NCBI GenBank assembly: GCA_963674785.1
Contig: OY771555.1
Coordinates: 725,845-789,844, forward strand
Direction: 5' to 3'
DNA length: 64,000 bases
DNA from: Caldisericia bacterium
GTDB lineage: Bacteria > Caldisericota > Caldisericia > JAAYUI01
Both the position numbers and the translations under genes were made by a program. The notes below the pieces were generated by a model. The model saw only the letters and a program-made list of their open reading frames with translations, had not been told where the DNA came from and did not search any database. This document shows positions 35,487 to 46,708 of the stretch, piece by piece (the first letter of the stretch is position 1; every line of letters begins with the position of its first letter).

Positions 35487-38400
35487 ATGAAGAGAGTACT
35501 AAGTTTGCTCGTAGCAACAATGATGATTATTGGCATGTTTGCTGGTACATTTATTGGTGCAGAGTCTGTAAAAGCTGTTGACGATAGCAAGGTTAAAGAT
35601 GTAACAATGATCGTTGCAAAATTTAACCGTGTTGGATATGACCGCTATGGCAGACCCCTGAACAATGGTAGAGATACCGAATACGAGGGTGTCATTGTAA
35701 ATTCATCCACTGGAAGATTCACGGTTGATCCATCTTACACTGGATATCCAACTTACGATGCCCTGGATGGAACATTCTTCCCATGGCAAAATGAAGGTGA
35801 AGACCTTTGGGGAAGCCCTCAGTACATGATGCCAAATTGCATTGATGCAATCCAGAACCCTGGAAGTGGCTCCATAACTGCAGCTGTAAACCAGCAGTCA
35901 GATGCTTCATGGGCTGTTCTTCCATATCTCTACGCTGAAGTATATCTTACAGTTAAGGCAGAGGGCGGAGAAAGTCAGCTTTATGACAAAAGATACATTG
36001 TGATGGATGAACTCGGTCAGCTTTGGATAGACCCAGATGGAAGATTCCATGATTGTAGATATTGGGAACCAGCAAACCCCGAGTCTGTTTATTACAGAAG
36101 CTCAACTGTCTACTCTGGTGATGGCTCAATTGACTGGAATGACTGTGACACAAACCCAAAGATGATTGTTGACCCAAGTGGTGACAACAATACTCAGGGA
36201 CCATACATCATGAATCCAGCATATAACCCAAATGACATGGAGTATCCTGTTCCAAAGTATCACGAGAGAGTTCATTACTGGTGGTATGATGAGGAAAAGG
36301 AAATCGATAGAGTTTGGCAGCTTGGTATTGCAGACCAGACTGATTATCTCAGAAAAGATGCAGTTTGTGCTGATGGATATCATTCATCATGGGGTGTTGT
36401 TGGTGGACCAAATGGTGTAACTCCAAATGGTTACTACCCAGGAAAGCCAGTTATCTGGAACACCGTGATCTCCGATGACGACACAATCAGATGGTGCCCA
36501 AATGATGCAAACATTCTTGGTAATGACTGGGATGTTGGTCTTGCACTCACAAACTTCTCTGGTGGTGAGTATCTCATTGACGTCGATGGAAACGGTACAT
36601 ACACATACGGCGAGCCAATCTTCTCTGATATTGATGGCAACCTTATGTTTAATGATCTCGACCTCAGACTTACTGCTTGGACAATTGTTTGGGGTGGTCA
36701 GTCATTCAACTTCCGCAAAAACACACTCGTTGGTCTCACAGATGAAGACTATCAGTGGCAACTTGCAAACAACTATGCAATCATAGATCTTTCAACCCTT
36801 CCAACCGTAAAACATAGTGCATCTGGCGGAACAAGTTTCTATGACCAGGTTTATGATGATGCTGATGGCGATGATATGGTTTCTCTCAATGACATCAGAC
36901 TTACCCACATCAACGGAAGAGTCACTGGTATGGGAACCACATGTGGTGGATTCTTTACTGGCGATGCAATTATCATGCTTGAGACCCTCAAGACAAGCTG
37001 TTCATATGAGTATAACATTCATGTAGAATCAGACCTTTGGCAGGTAATGCAGGAAGATACATATGAATATGTTGAGATGTATCCTTCAATGACTGCAGCA
37101 CAGTTTACTTCACCAAATGGTGACATTGTCAGAATGTCTCAGCTTGTAAACAAAGCAACTGCACTTGATGTCAACGGATCAAATTTCTATGTTCCAACAA
37201 CAACCTTCTACAATGTTGCTCTCAAGTACAGAGAATATATTGGTCTCCAGCTTTTCCTCGACAATGGTGTTGACAATAACCGTGCTGAAGGTGGAGATTG
37301 CTTCCAGCTTTCACTCTCAGACGATCATACAAACTTTGAGGCTGGCGAGCTCTTCATTGGCTGTCAGGACGTCGAAACTGCAATGGACTACGATCTCGAC
37401 CTCACAGAATTCAACGAAGAGTTCCTTTACTTTGAAACATCCTATGATATGACAAACCCACCTGCAGTTCTTGATGGTGTTCAGTATGGTTGTGGTGAGC
37501 CTTTCTACAGAGACATCAAAAAGCTTCCACTCAACCCAGCAATCCCATTCCAGCCAGATCCATTCGATGCTGGATTCAACCCAGGTGTTGTAAACCAGGG
37601 CGACCAGAGAATGATTGACATCGAAGTTTATTCAGATGTTGCAACTGGTGATGCCGGAACAATGATTACATACCCAGCAGGTTCATTTGTTGTTGCTGGT
37701 GACCTTGATGTTGGAAGACCAATTATCAAGATGGATCCTGGACTTGCATATTTCGACGAATCAAACGGCTGCAACCCTCCAAATGCGAGGTACGATGTTG
37801 GCGAACTTATTTATTTTGATCCAGCACTCGCTGCAGGAGCAAGAGCAATCCAGATGGTTGCATGGGATGATATTGGTCCTCACCCATATGGTATTGAAGA
37901 CTTTGACCCATCACCATACACAGATCCAGTTTCGGGTCTTCCAGTAAACAGATGGGATACCGTTCGTCACGGTGGTAACACTCAGGCCAGACTTTATCCT
38001 GGAACCAACAATAACGGTGGTGGTTCATATGGTATGTCTGGATGGATGGGTGGTGTGGTTCCTGGTGCTGGTATGAACTGGTACTATCACCAAAGAGGTG
38101 GACTCAGCAGAAACGCTCCAAACACCTATCCAACAAGACCAGTAATTCACAATGCTGGTGTCTCTACAAACAACACTTATTGCTATTATGTTTATTATCC
38201 ATGGGGATATGAGTATGGATATGAGTATTTACGTACATATCATACTCAGTGTGGTGACCTCCTTGCTCTTCAGAACGTGAATTTCCTTGGTGACTGGAGA
38301 CTTAGGATTTGGGAAGACACAGAGTATTACATGTCCTCCCTATATACCTGGTTAGGATATGGACCACTCTCATGCGGACCATCCACATACAACGGTAGAA

Positions 38401-41400
38401 GATATGCGTATGAATATTTTACCAGCAGTCATTCCTCAGCACTTGTTTGGTATAGAGGACTTGACAGCGAAGGAAATGATGTTTGTACAAATGCCGGTGG
38501 AATTTGGGATAACTATCAGTTTAATTATGATGTAATGTGCAACAACAGAAGTATGTATACTTCTTCTTCATACCCAAAAATTATCGGTATGGGTTGTGTA
38601 TATATGGACCATGTTGGTAATGGTTATGGACAGGAATACTTCCATAGTCCATATGCCCAGACCACTTATGGATGGAATTCTGGTACAGACATGTCAGCGA
38701 TGCATTTCCTTAGATGGGAAGGCGCAACTCACCCAGACACTGGTGGACCATACTCAAGAGCTTATTCAATCGCAATGTTCAACGCGCCTCTTTCAGGCGA
38801 CCTCATGACGTATGATACTGAACATGAAGTACAAACGACTGTATTTTCTGGATTATGGACGATTAACGCGGAATTCTGGCCAGAAGAGATTCAGGTGAAC
38901 CTCTCAGGTGCACCAAATACATTTGGTTCAATTGGTTTCAACCACGAAACATCAATGAACTACTACTCATACTACTATGTTGGTTACGATGCATATTTCG
39001 ATAATGCAAGAGCTTATCACATCGAGCTTATCCCTTCAGCCGGAGACAGAAGAAGACTTCTCCAGGGTGGACATCACATTGGTATGAATGATTATGTCTA
39101 TAGACTCGATGATGCTGGCGAATACAACACATCATCAGCAACAGCATCAAACCTCAAACCATTTAGCTACTTCTACCCATGCGGCACAAAACTTGCTGCT
39201 GGCGAAATCTATGACGTTAAGTCAAAAGTTTCAATGGTTTCAATGGGCAAATGCGGAGATCCAAGATTTATGGATATCCCTGTACTTCCAGGTGAAGTTG
39301 ACCTTAATGTTTCAATCGATGGAGTCCCACAGGATCCAGATGCAAAATGGCATCTTAAAGTTGAACAGACATCTGACATTCAGGTTTCAGTTGACCCACC
39401 ACCACAGCCAGGTGAAAAGTATGTTGTCAAGCTCAATGGTGTATATCAGGAAGGAATTCCTGCAAAAGAGGCTTATACTGATTACATCCAGACTCGTGAG
39501 ACAAACACATTCACAGAGTATTGCACAGGACTCGTTCCAGAATACGCAATCGATAAGGATAGTGACTATAGCGGAACAGGTTGGCTTGACGACACATATG
39601 TGACTTCACTCTCACTTCCATTTGACTTCCCACTTTATAATACCGTTTTCCCTGCCGGAAACCCGCTTTATGTCTCAACAAACGGTTACATCGGTTTCCA
39701 TGAGTCAAATACTATGGGTAGTATTCCATCCACATACAGTTGGATTGGTTGGTATTACAATAATGATTACAGAGACTTCACACTTGTACCGCTTGGAAAT
39801 GACCAGAACCTCTATTACAGTCCATCTCAGGGTAATGATAACCCAGATCTTCAGATATTCTATTGTCAGCCTTCAGCAGACGAAGTTCGAATCAGATGGC
39901 AAACACATGAATATAGTCCAGGTCCATCCGCTGTTTCTCCTCCGACTCTAAACTTTGCTTGTAGCATTAAGAGTGATGGAACAATCAGGTTCATGTATGG
40001 TGATTGTGCAGGCGGATATCAGTATCGTACTGCAGTTTGTGGTATCGCTGGTGATATTTCAGGTTCAACAAATCATGATGAGTATCAAGAGGGTTACTAT
40101 GATGGACTTACAAACCCTGCCTTCGATTACCTTGATGACCTTGTGTTTACAAGATTTGAGTTCCCAGCAGATCCAGGAAGAGCTGGTGGTGGAACAGTTG
40201 ATGATAACTATATCATCTCAGAAAACGTTGAAACAGCTCACAGTGATGCAATTGGCGGTGCAAGATACAAAGTTGTTGAAATCACTCCAGAGGAGAGAGT
40301 TCAGCATATAACATACACACCATACAGAGGTTCAGTACAGGAAGACGGTTCCTGTGACCCACTCAGAATCGAAGTCTTCCTTGAAAGAGGCGGAGTATCA
40401 TATCCTGTTCCAGTAGATTCTGTACTTTCTGGTGTAAGAGAAGAAAGACCACTTGAAGAGTATGAAGATCAGGAAATCGGTCTTTATAATTACAATATCT
40501 ACGATCCATACTGGGTTGTAAGACCTTGGACAATCAAGATGTACGAGGGTCGCTATATTGGTGATCATACTCCAAGACCAGTTGCCTCAACTTCAGGACT
40601 CATCAGCTCAACTTGTGCTCTTGATCATCAGTATGATTGTTATGGCAGATTTGACTTGATGGTTGAACCTGAGTGGATTGATATTAAGTATGCCGGTACC
40701 GGTAATACATGTATTTCACCAGTTGACCAGAGATTCCCAAATCTTATCCTTACAGTTTGGGATGCAGATAACCCACTTGACGTAAACGATCCAGAGGCTA
40801 TCCCATTCTCAACCATTGGACTTCAGAGTGGTATCAGAGGCAAGATGGTTGCCAATGTCAATGCTCATGGTGCAGGTATCAAATACCTCTGTACCGCACA
40901 GAGTCCAGATGATGATACAGCAAAATATATTATTCAGGTCAATGATGATGGTTCCTACACATTCTGGAGATGGTATGAGCCAGCAGAAGATAGGCCAGGC
41001 GCAGCATGGGGCGCACTTGACCCAACAGACTGGTTATATTCAGGAAGAACCTATTTCAATGGTATCTATGGTGATATTGGAAGCACATTTACCGCTACAA
41101 GACAGCCATGGACTGATACGGATGGATGGCTTCAGGCATTTACCGGAAATGGAAATCTAACAACTGAACTTGATGATTATGATTGTTCAATCGATAAAGG
41201 CATCTGTGATGTCTGTCATCTTGGCGCTGGATTCCCAAATCTTGGCGATATTACAATCGAAGACAGAATGGGAAGATTCAATAACAGCGTCTATGACCGT
41301 GAACCTCCATTCTTCCAGGGCTACAGTGGTGCAAGATTCGGAAGAATCGTATCATTTGGTATCCCAACAATGGTGACAAATTGGGATAACACTTCTGATG

Positions 41401-44400
41401 GCGGAGAGATTTATATTCCAATTCAGCCAAAAAACACAAGCACAGATCTTCAGATTAGAGTTTATCTTGCAAACACAATCTATGACTATAATTCAGTGAT
41501 TTCTGGTTGGTCATTCGATGTTGATTCTCATCCAACATTCCATCCACCATACTTTGTCTATGATGATTCACCTGGAATCGACTATTGTGGTACATTCACA
41601 GTAGACGTACAGCCAGCTGACATCATGAACTTTGGTGAGTTCAATCTTGTTGACCATGCTCTCCAGTTCTCAGAGACCGATTATACCGCAGGAGCGGAAC
41701 CACTTGCTCCAATGGATAGACCATCACCACAGATCAGACATTGGTACAACCCAATCTGTGGAAACTACAAAGAAGACATGAGAGCCTATCCAGGTGGACA
41801 GTCACATACCGCAAGAGCAGTTGGTTCAGAGCGTGAAGGTGGATTCAATGCTTATCCAGCAATCAACTCCGAACTCTTTAACAAGCTTGGAACAGAATTC
41901 TATCCATTTACAGACTATGGATTCTACTTCACCCTCGTTTCCCCAACTTCAGTTGGAAATGGAAATGATATTATGAGCTACACTGATTGGGATCAGTACA
42001 CATTCGACCCATATGGAACAATTGCAAGATCATACCCAGCACTCAACTTCAGACTTGTCGAATCGATTGAGGTAACTGGACCATTTATGACTCCTGCACA
42101 TTATTACAGACCAAATATTATTGGTGCAACCTCAAGTAATGCCGGTTACATTGAAGAAAGACTCGTCAGTGAGTACAATTACAATGGTGTTGATAATGTA
42201 CCAATAAGATACGACAGATCTGGCTACATTAAGATCGACAGAAGAAATTCACAGTACTACGAAATCATGAATAATCAGGACTTCACAAATGTTGTGAGTC
42301 CAGGCTTCAGAGATGACTGGCATTCAGCACTTGGAGATCCACTTCCAACAAACAGATACCTTGAAAGATCAAGAGACCTTGTTTACAGAAGCACAACTCC
42401 AGCGATCTATCACAGCTATCCAGGCGTCTACAATAACTATGTTTATGCAATCGATGAGATTATTCCAATCCAGCCTGGTAACATCGAAATCAAGGTTACC
42501 CTTGCTGATGGAACTGTAAAAATCTTCCAGGATTGCTGTACAAAACCAATCTCAGATGGAGTTGATGTACACGCACTCGGAATCACACTCGATAATGCCG
42601 ATGTTGAAGAGCGCGGTGGAATCTTTGTTGATGACACAATCACTCTTGATGTAAGAGTTACAGAAGACGAAAAACCAACAACTGGTGCAAGTGGATTCAA
42701 CGAATGGGAATTCAGAGAGTGTAACGATGCATTAGTCTTTGCATGGCAGGATACAGGATACTTCGATCCACAGCAGAGTGTATGGATCGGTGCAGGTGAT
42801 GGTTGGGTAACCAATCCACCAAAGAACTCCAATGTTTACCAGCAGGGAACACAGTACTTGCCAGATGACGACTTCGATGGTGACGGTAAAGTATCATATG
42901 CCTCACACGAGACCGAAATCCTTGGTTCATATGATATCGCAACAAATACATGGACAGGCGCATTTATCGATGCAAGAACCTTCCATAGAAATGATGGACT
43001 CTATAAACTTGAAGTAGCTCCAGACAGAGTCGGATTTGACTTTGGTGGATTCGGACCTACAGGTGATCCATTACCACCAGGTTACAGAGATCACGTAATC
43101 GGATTCGATGAAACACTTCCAGTTTGGATTGTTGCCTACAAGTATGGTGATGATAGTGGCGACAGATCATTCAGACCACTCTTTGATTCACTTCCAGATT
43201 CAGTTGGTTCAATGAGCCACGAGGTTTATCTTGCTGGAACAAGAGGATTTGAGGTATTCCCACAGGAAGATCTCAACATGACCTACGGTCCAGAGCCACT
43301 TACAGCTGGTATGACTCCAGAGCTCCAGAATCCAGAAAGCCCACTTTACTTCACGTTCACCGATGATAGTGGAGAGCCAGTTGACTTTAGCAAAGGTGTC
43401 GAAGATGCTTGGGGCAATGCTGCCGTAATCGATAGAGATATCGCAATGCACTGTTTTGTCGACCCACATCTTGATAACGAGTACTACTACGGAATGGGTG
43501 CAAAACTTCCACAGTACTACTGGACAAGAACTGACCTTCACAACTTTGACGGTACACCAATCTGTAACTCAATGATGTACTCACAGCCAAATGATCCGTT
43601 CACACCAATCACATTCGAGGTTGTAAGAGATTCGAACGGTGATCCAACTGGTAGATACAACTTCCTTGGATTCACTGCAAATGACCAGGGTGAGTTTGAA
43701 GTCTATGGTTACACACCAGATAGAAAGCACAGAGCAAAAGCAACCGTTAAGATTGTCCAGCCAAAAGTCAACTACATATTCGAAAACGAGAAGGGTGATA
43801 CCTTTGAGCAGAATGATGATGCTGACTTCATGATGACAGCAAACGATGCACGTCTCTACAAGATCACAGCGAAGTGCTGGGATGGTCAGGGCGCACTCAT
43901 TAAGGGTGTTGCAAAAGAAGTTTCAGTATGTTCAGGTTCAGGATCTGATACAGCAAGATTCACACCATATATCACAAGACCACAGAACTGGGACTTCCAG
44001 CTAGCCGACAATGATTATAACATGCTCACTTTCGGAACTGCTCAGTACGGATTCGGAACTGACCTTATCAGAGGACGTTACGACAAGCTCTTCCTCATCG
44101 ATGAAGGAAATAGATACTATCCATTCCTTGGTATTGATATCACAAATGATGGTATCATTGACCCAATGAACTCAATGAACTCAGAGATCTTTAGGTTCAC
44201 TGCTATGAGACCATATATGCAGGCTTACTATATCCTCGCAGATACTTGGTATTACACAAACTGGGCAGATCCATGGGTACATTTCAATACAACAAACACA
44301 AGATACGATGATTTCAGCTATGTAACTGAAGATTCATGGGATGTCATTCCATACAATAACGCTGGTTGGGGATGGGGTTCTATCTACAACAACCCATACG

Positions 44401-46517
44401 AAGGTTCATACATCTTCGCAGACTTCGACCTTGACGGAACACTTACATTCGCAGACTCACTTTCATTCAATGAAAATGGTGAAGTAAACTTCTACTTCTG
44501 GGCAGATGACATTACCAAGATCGGTGGATTGATTGGAAACAACAACCTCAGTAATGACAGAGACTTCTCAGATGTTATCGGTTATCCAGGTTGGTATGGA
44601 AAATATGATCCTAACTACATGTACTACAGATATATTGCCAGAAAATCATACAGAGGATTCTGGTATGGAACCATGGATCACACATTCAAACTTGACTGGG
44701 AAGCAATTCCAGACAGAAATGCATGCTCAGCCGCACCAAATGTGACACTCTATGACCCAGAGACTGGCGAAGAAATGGATACCGGACTTCTTGAGGGTGA
44801 AGCTGATGAAAACCAGGAAGGTTTGATCCAGGAAGGTACTGATAAAGAGGTCATGAACAGACTCTTTGGTCAGTTCGGATATATCGATAGATTGATTGAT
44901 GAAGAAGAGTATGACTTCACATATGCAGTAAGAAATCATTTCGTTGTCAAAGTAAGCCCAGCAACCGAAGGTGACCTTGGTGTCTGTGGTTCTAGAGAAA
45001 GAAATGAATGGCTTGCCGAACAGGGTGAGGAAATGGAACAGGGATCCATCCTTACTCTTTCAGCCACCTCTCTCCTGTTTACAGGAAACAAGTATGAATC
45101 ATCGATTAAGGGTAAACTCGGTGTTTCGGACGAGAGTGACACTGCTGAAACCATTATGTACTGGACACCAACTGGAACTGGTAACAACGTTGCCACCTTG
45201 AGTCTTTCAAGGGAGTACAATTGGGGCATGAGAATGCACAGTAACGCTGATGTAATAGGTTACGAATATGACTCACCTCTGTATATCGATGGCCTTGAAT
45301 GGCTTGATGTTGTGACCGGTCTTGAAGTTACAGCGACACCATACAATGGAATTCTCAAGCTTGGTCAGCCAGACTCAGTTGTTGTAGTAGTAAAAGAAGC
45401 TTCAACAGAATATCTTGTTGAAGGTGCAAAAGTTACATTCAAATCAGAAGACGGTGAGATTGATCTTTCTGCAACAACAAATGCCATTGGTGAAGCACTC
45501 TTCCAGAATGTTACACCAACATCACAGTCAAAGATCATTATTGATGCAACTGCAGAAGGTTACACATCTGGTGACTCAGTACTCTATGTTGACCTCGACC
45601 TCACACCACCATCAATTGATGTTGATGACTTCGATTCAATCACAAATAGATCTTCAATGACCCTTACAGGTACTGTTAGCAAGGGCGCAAAACTCGATGT
45701 TTCTAAGAAGGATGCAAAAGTCGGAGCAGATGGAAAATGGGAATCACAGGTAACACTCACAGAAGGTGAAAACCTCATTACACTCCATGCTGTTGGTTCA
45801 AATGGTGTTGAGGCCGCAATGACAGTCATCATCAACCTTGATACAACAAAACCAAACATCCTCCTCCCAACACAGGCTGATATTGATACCTTTGGTCTTA
45901 TGGGTGACACCGATGAACTCTGGATTACAGGTAGAGTAACACCTGGCTCAAAGGTTGAAGTAACAGTTGACCAGGATGGAGACCAGAGAACAGTTCCAGT
46001 AACCGTTGCAAACGATACTTGGAAAACAGATTGGTTTGAAGTTAAAGCTGGTTCAGAGCTTACAGTAAGCGTCAAAGCAACTGATGCTGCCGGTAACGAG
46101 GGTTCCGAAATGGGAACCTACACAATCGTCAAGAAACTTGTTGTTGAGCTTGGACTCAGAAACAGCATTCCAGTAATCAACGGAAACCCAGGAAATGTAA
46201 TCCAGCCACCAGAACTCGATGCACAGAACAACATCATGGTTCCAATCAAAGACCTTGAAGATCTCTTTGATGGTATGGCAGTGAACCCAGTGGGTAATGC
46301 TCTAACAGTTAGCTACAACGGACTTTCAGCTGAAGCAACTGTTGGAAGTACAAACTTTACAATCAATGGAAACTCTGCAACATTTGCAGCACCAATAATG
46401 ACCGGAAGCAAGATTATGGTTCCAATTGCCTTCCTCCAGCAGGTACTTGAACTTTCAGGCGCAGATGTATCGGTAGATGTCTCCGGTACCACAATTACAA
46501 TCACCATCATCGGCTGA
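35487..46517 (+). CDS. giant secreted envelope protein, paralog G3 (3676 aa)
   Basis: I start it at ATG 35487, with AAGGAGAG at 35474-35481 and signal peptide MKRVLSLLVATMMIIGMFAGTFIGAESVKA. It has private inserts at about 37950-39030 and 39480-40170. The Ig-like plus stalk C-terminus spans about 45360-46514. Confidence 0.93.
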   Translation: MKRVLSLLVATMMIIGMFAGTFIGAESVKAVDDSKVKDVTMIVAKFNRVGYDRYGRPLNNGRDTEYEGVIVNSSTGRFTVDPSYTGYPTYDALDGTFFPWQNEGEDLWGSPQYMMPNCIDAIQNPGSGSITAAVNQQSDASWAVLPYLYAEVYLTVKAEGGESQLYDKRYIVMDELGQLWIDPDGRFHDCRYWEPANPESVYYRSSTVYSGDGSIDWNDCDTNPKMIVDPSGDNNTQGPYIMNPAYNPNDMEYPVPKYHERVHYWWYDEEKEIDRVWQLGIADQTDYLRKDAVCADGYHSSWGVVGGPNGVTPNGYYPGKPVIWNTVISDDDTIRWCPNDANILGNDWDVGLALTNFSGGEYLIDVDGNGTYTYGEPIFSDIDGNLMFNDLDLRLTAWTIVWGGQSFNFRKNTLVGLTDEDYQWQLANNYAIIDLSTLPTVKHSASGGTSFYDQVYDDADGDDMVSLNDIRLTHINGRVTGMGTTCGGFFTGDAIIMLETLKTSCSYEYNIHVESDLWQVMQEDTYEYVEMYPSMTAAQFTSPNGDIVRMSQLVNKATALDVNGSNFYVPTTTFYNVALKYREYIGLQLFLDNGVDNNRAEGGDCFQLSLSDDHTNFEAGELFIGCQDVETAMDYDLDLTEFNEEFLYFETSYDMTNPPAVLDGVQYGCGEPFYRDIKKLPLNPAIPFQPDPFDAGFNPGVVNQGDQRMIDIEVYSDVATGDAGTMITYPAGSFVVAGDLDVGRPIIKMDPGLAYFDESNGCNPPNARYDVGELIYFDPALAAGARAIQMVAWDDIGPHPYGIEDFDPSPYTDPVSGLPVNRWDTVRHGGNTQARLYPGTNNNGGGSYGMSGWMGGVVPGAGMNWYYHQRGGLSRNAPNTYPTRPVIHNAGVSTNNTYCYYVYYPWGYEYGYEYLRTYHTQCGDLLALQNVNFLGDWRLRIWEDTEYYMSSLYTWLGYGPLSCGPSTYNGRRYAYEYFTSSHSSALVWYRGLDSEGNDVCTNAGGIWDNYQFNYDVMCNNRSMYTSSSYPKIIGMGCVYMDHVGNGYGQEYFHSPYAQTTYGWNSGTDMSAMHFLRWEGATHPDTGGPYSRAYSIAMFNAPLSGDLMTYDTEHEVQTTVFSGLWTINAEFWPEEIQVNLSGAPNTFGSIGFNHETSMNYYSYYYVGYDAYFDNARAYHIELIPSAGDRRRLLQGGHHIGMNDYVYRLDDAGEYNTSSATASNLKPFSYFYPCGTKLAAGEIYDVKSKVSMVSMGKCGDPRFMDIPVLPGEVDLNVSIDGVPQDPDAKWHLKVEQTSDIQVSVDPPPQPGEKYVVKLNGVYQEGIPAKEAYTDYIQTRETNTFTEYCTGLVPEYAIDKDSDYSGTGWLDDTYVTSLSLPFDFPLYNTVFPAGNPLYVSTNGYIGFHESNTMGSIPSTYSWIGWYYNNDYRDFTLVPLGNDQNLYYSPSQGNDNPDLQIFYCQPSADEVRIRWQTHEYSPGPSAVSPPTLNFACSIKSDGTIRFMYGDCAGGYQYRTAVCGIAGDISGSTNHDEYQEGYYDGLTNPAFDYLDDLVFTRFEFPADPGRAGGGTVDDNYIISENVETAHSDAIGGARYKVVEITPEERVQHITYTPYRGSVQEDGSCDPLRIEVFLERGGVSYPVPVDSVLSGVREERPLEEYEDQEIGLYNYNIYDPYWVVRPWTIKMYEGRYIGDHTPRPVASTSGLISSTCALDHQYDCYGRFDLMVEPEWIDIKYAGTGNTCISPVDQRFPNLILTVWDADNPLDVNDPEAIPFSTIGLQSGIRGKMVANVNAHGAGIKYLCTAQSPDDDTAKYIIQVNDDGSYTFWRWYEPAEDRPGAAWGALDPTDWLYSGRTYFNGIYGDIGSTFTATRQPWTDTDGWLQAFTGNGNLTTELDDYDCSIDKGICDVCHLGAGFPNLGDITIEDRMGRFNNSVYDREPPFFQGYSGARFGRIVSFGIPTMVTNWDNTSDGGEIYIPIQPKNTSTDLQIRVYLANTIYDYNSVISGWSFDVDSHPTFHPPYFVYDDSPGIDYCGTFTVDVQPADIMNFGEFNLVDHALQFSETDYTAGAEPLAPMDRPSPQIRHWYNPICGNYKEDMRAYPGGQSHTARAVGSEREGGFNAYPAINSELFNKLGTEFYPFTDYGFYFTLVSPTSVGNGNDIMSYTDWDQYTFDPYGTIARSYPALNFRLVESIEVTGPFMTPAHYYRPNIIGATSSNAGYIEERLVSEYNYNGVDNVPIRYDRSGYIKIDRRNSQYYEIMNNQDFTNVVSPGFRDDWHSALGDPLPTNRYLERSRDLVYRSTTPAIYHSYPGVYNNYVYAIDEIIPIQPGNIEIKVTLADGTVKIFQDCCTKPISDGVDVHALGITLDNADVEERGGIFVDDTITLDVRVTEDEKPTTGASGFNEWEFRECNDALVFAWQDTGYFDPQQSVWIGAGDGWVTNPPKNSNVYQQGTQYLPDDDFDGDGKVSYASHETEILGSYDIATNTWTGAFIDARTFHRNDGLYKLEVAPDRVGFDFGGFGPTGDPLPPGYRDHVIGFDETLPVWIVAYKYGDDSGDRSFRPLFDSLPDSVGSMSHEVYLAGTRGFEVFPQEDLNMTYGPEPLTAGMTPELQNPESPLYFTFTDDSGEPVDFSKGVEDAWGNAAVIDRDIAMHCFVDPHLDNEYYYGMGAKLPQYYWTRTDLHNFDGTPICNSMMYSQPNDPFTPITFEVVRDSNGDPTGRYNFLGFTANDQGEFEVYGYTPDRKHRAKATVKIVQPKVNYIFENEKGDTFEQNDDADFMMTANDARLYKITAKCWDGQGALIKGVAKEVSVCSGSGSDTARFTPYITRPQNWDFQLADNDYNMLTFGTAQYGFGTDLIRGRYDKLFLIDEGNRYYPFLGIDITNDGIIDPMNSMNSEIFRFTAMRPYMQAYYILADTWYYTNWADPWVHFNTTNTRYDDFSYVTEDSWDVIPYNNAGWGWGSIYNNPYEGSYIFADFDLDGTLTFADSLSFNENGEVNFYFWADDITKIGGLIGNNNLSNDRDFSDVIGYPGWYGKYDPNYMYYRYIARKSYRGFWYGTMDHTFKLDWEAIPDRNACSAAPNVTLYDPETGEEMDTGLLEGEADENQEGLIQEGTDKEVMNRLFGQFGYIDRLIDEEEYDFTYAVRNHFVVKVSPATEGDLGVCGSRERNEWLAEQGEEMEQGSILTLSATSLLFTGNKYESSIKGKLGVSDESDTAETIMYWTPTGTGNNVATLSLSREYNWGMRMHSNADVIGYEYDSPLYIDGLEWLDVVTGLEVTATPYNGILKLGQPDSVVVVVKEASTEYLVEGAKVTFKSEDGEIDLSATTNAIGEALFQNVTPTSQSKIIIDATAEGYTSGDSVLYVDLDLTPPSIDVDDFDSITNRSSMTLTGTVSKGAKLDVSKKDAKVGADGKWESQVTLTEGENLITLHAVGSNGVEAAMTVIINLDTTKPNILLPTQADIDTFGLMGDTDELWITGRVTPGSKVEVTVDQDGDQRTVPVTVANDTWKTDWFEVKAGSELTVSVKATDAAGNEGSEMGTYTIVKKLVVELGLRNSIPVINGNPGNVIQPPELDAQNNIMVPIKDLEDLFDGMAVNPVGNALTVSYNGLSAEATVGSTNFTINGNSATFAAPIMTGSKIMVPIAFLQQVLELSGADVSVDVSGTTITITIIG

Positions 46518-46543
46518 TTGTAGTAGATAGGATTGAAAATTAT

Positions 46544-46595
46544 CACTCTGACCCCAAATGGGGTCAGAGTGCGAGAGAAAAAAAGATTGATTTAT
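46544..46595 (+). promoter_or_regulatory. conserved intergenic module 3: TTAT + 12-bp hairpin + CGAGAGAAA box
   Basis: Stem cactctgacccc (46544-46555) pairs with ggggtcagagtg (46560-46571), followed by cgagagaaaaaaagattgatttat. Confidence 0.6.
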
Positions 46596-46708
46596 TTGAT
46601 TATGAATTATGATTGGTTACGCGAAACTAGAAGGAACGTTAGATCGCGGTTTCGATCACTCCCAGGGGGGAGAGTCGTGAACCTTCAATTAGGTGAAGGA
46701 GAGAGCAA

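Noticed and set aside
24526-46708. The A6-A7 homopolymer tracts in the inter-giant gaps could be slipped-strand phase-variation switches. A DGR-type hypervariation system could also be acting on the giants.
   Set aside because: The tracts are short and lie outside the coding sequence. Whether they fall in promoter spacers cannot be said without a mapped TSS. No reverse transcriptase or template-repeat/variable-repeat pair is visible in the window. Divergence among the paralogs is spread over the whole length rather than confined to a short variable region.
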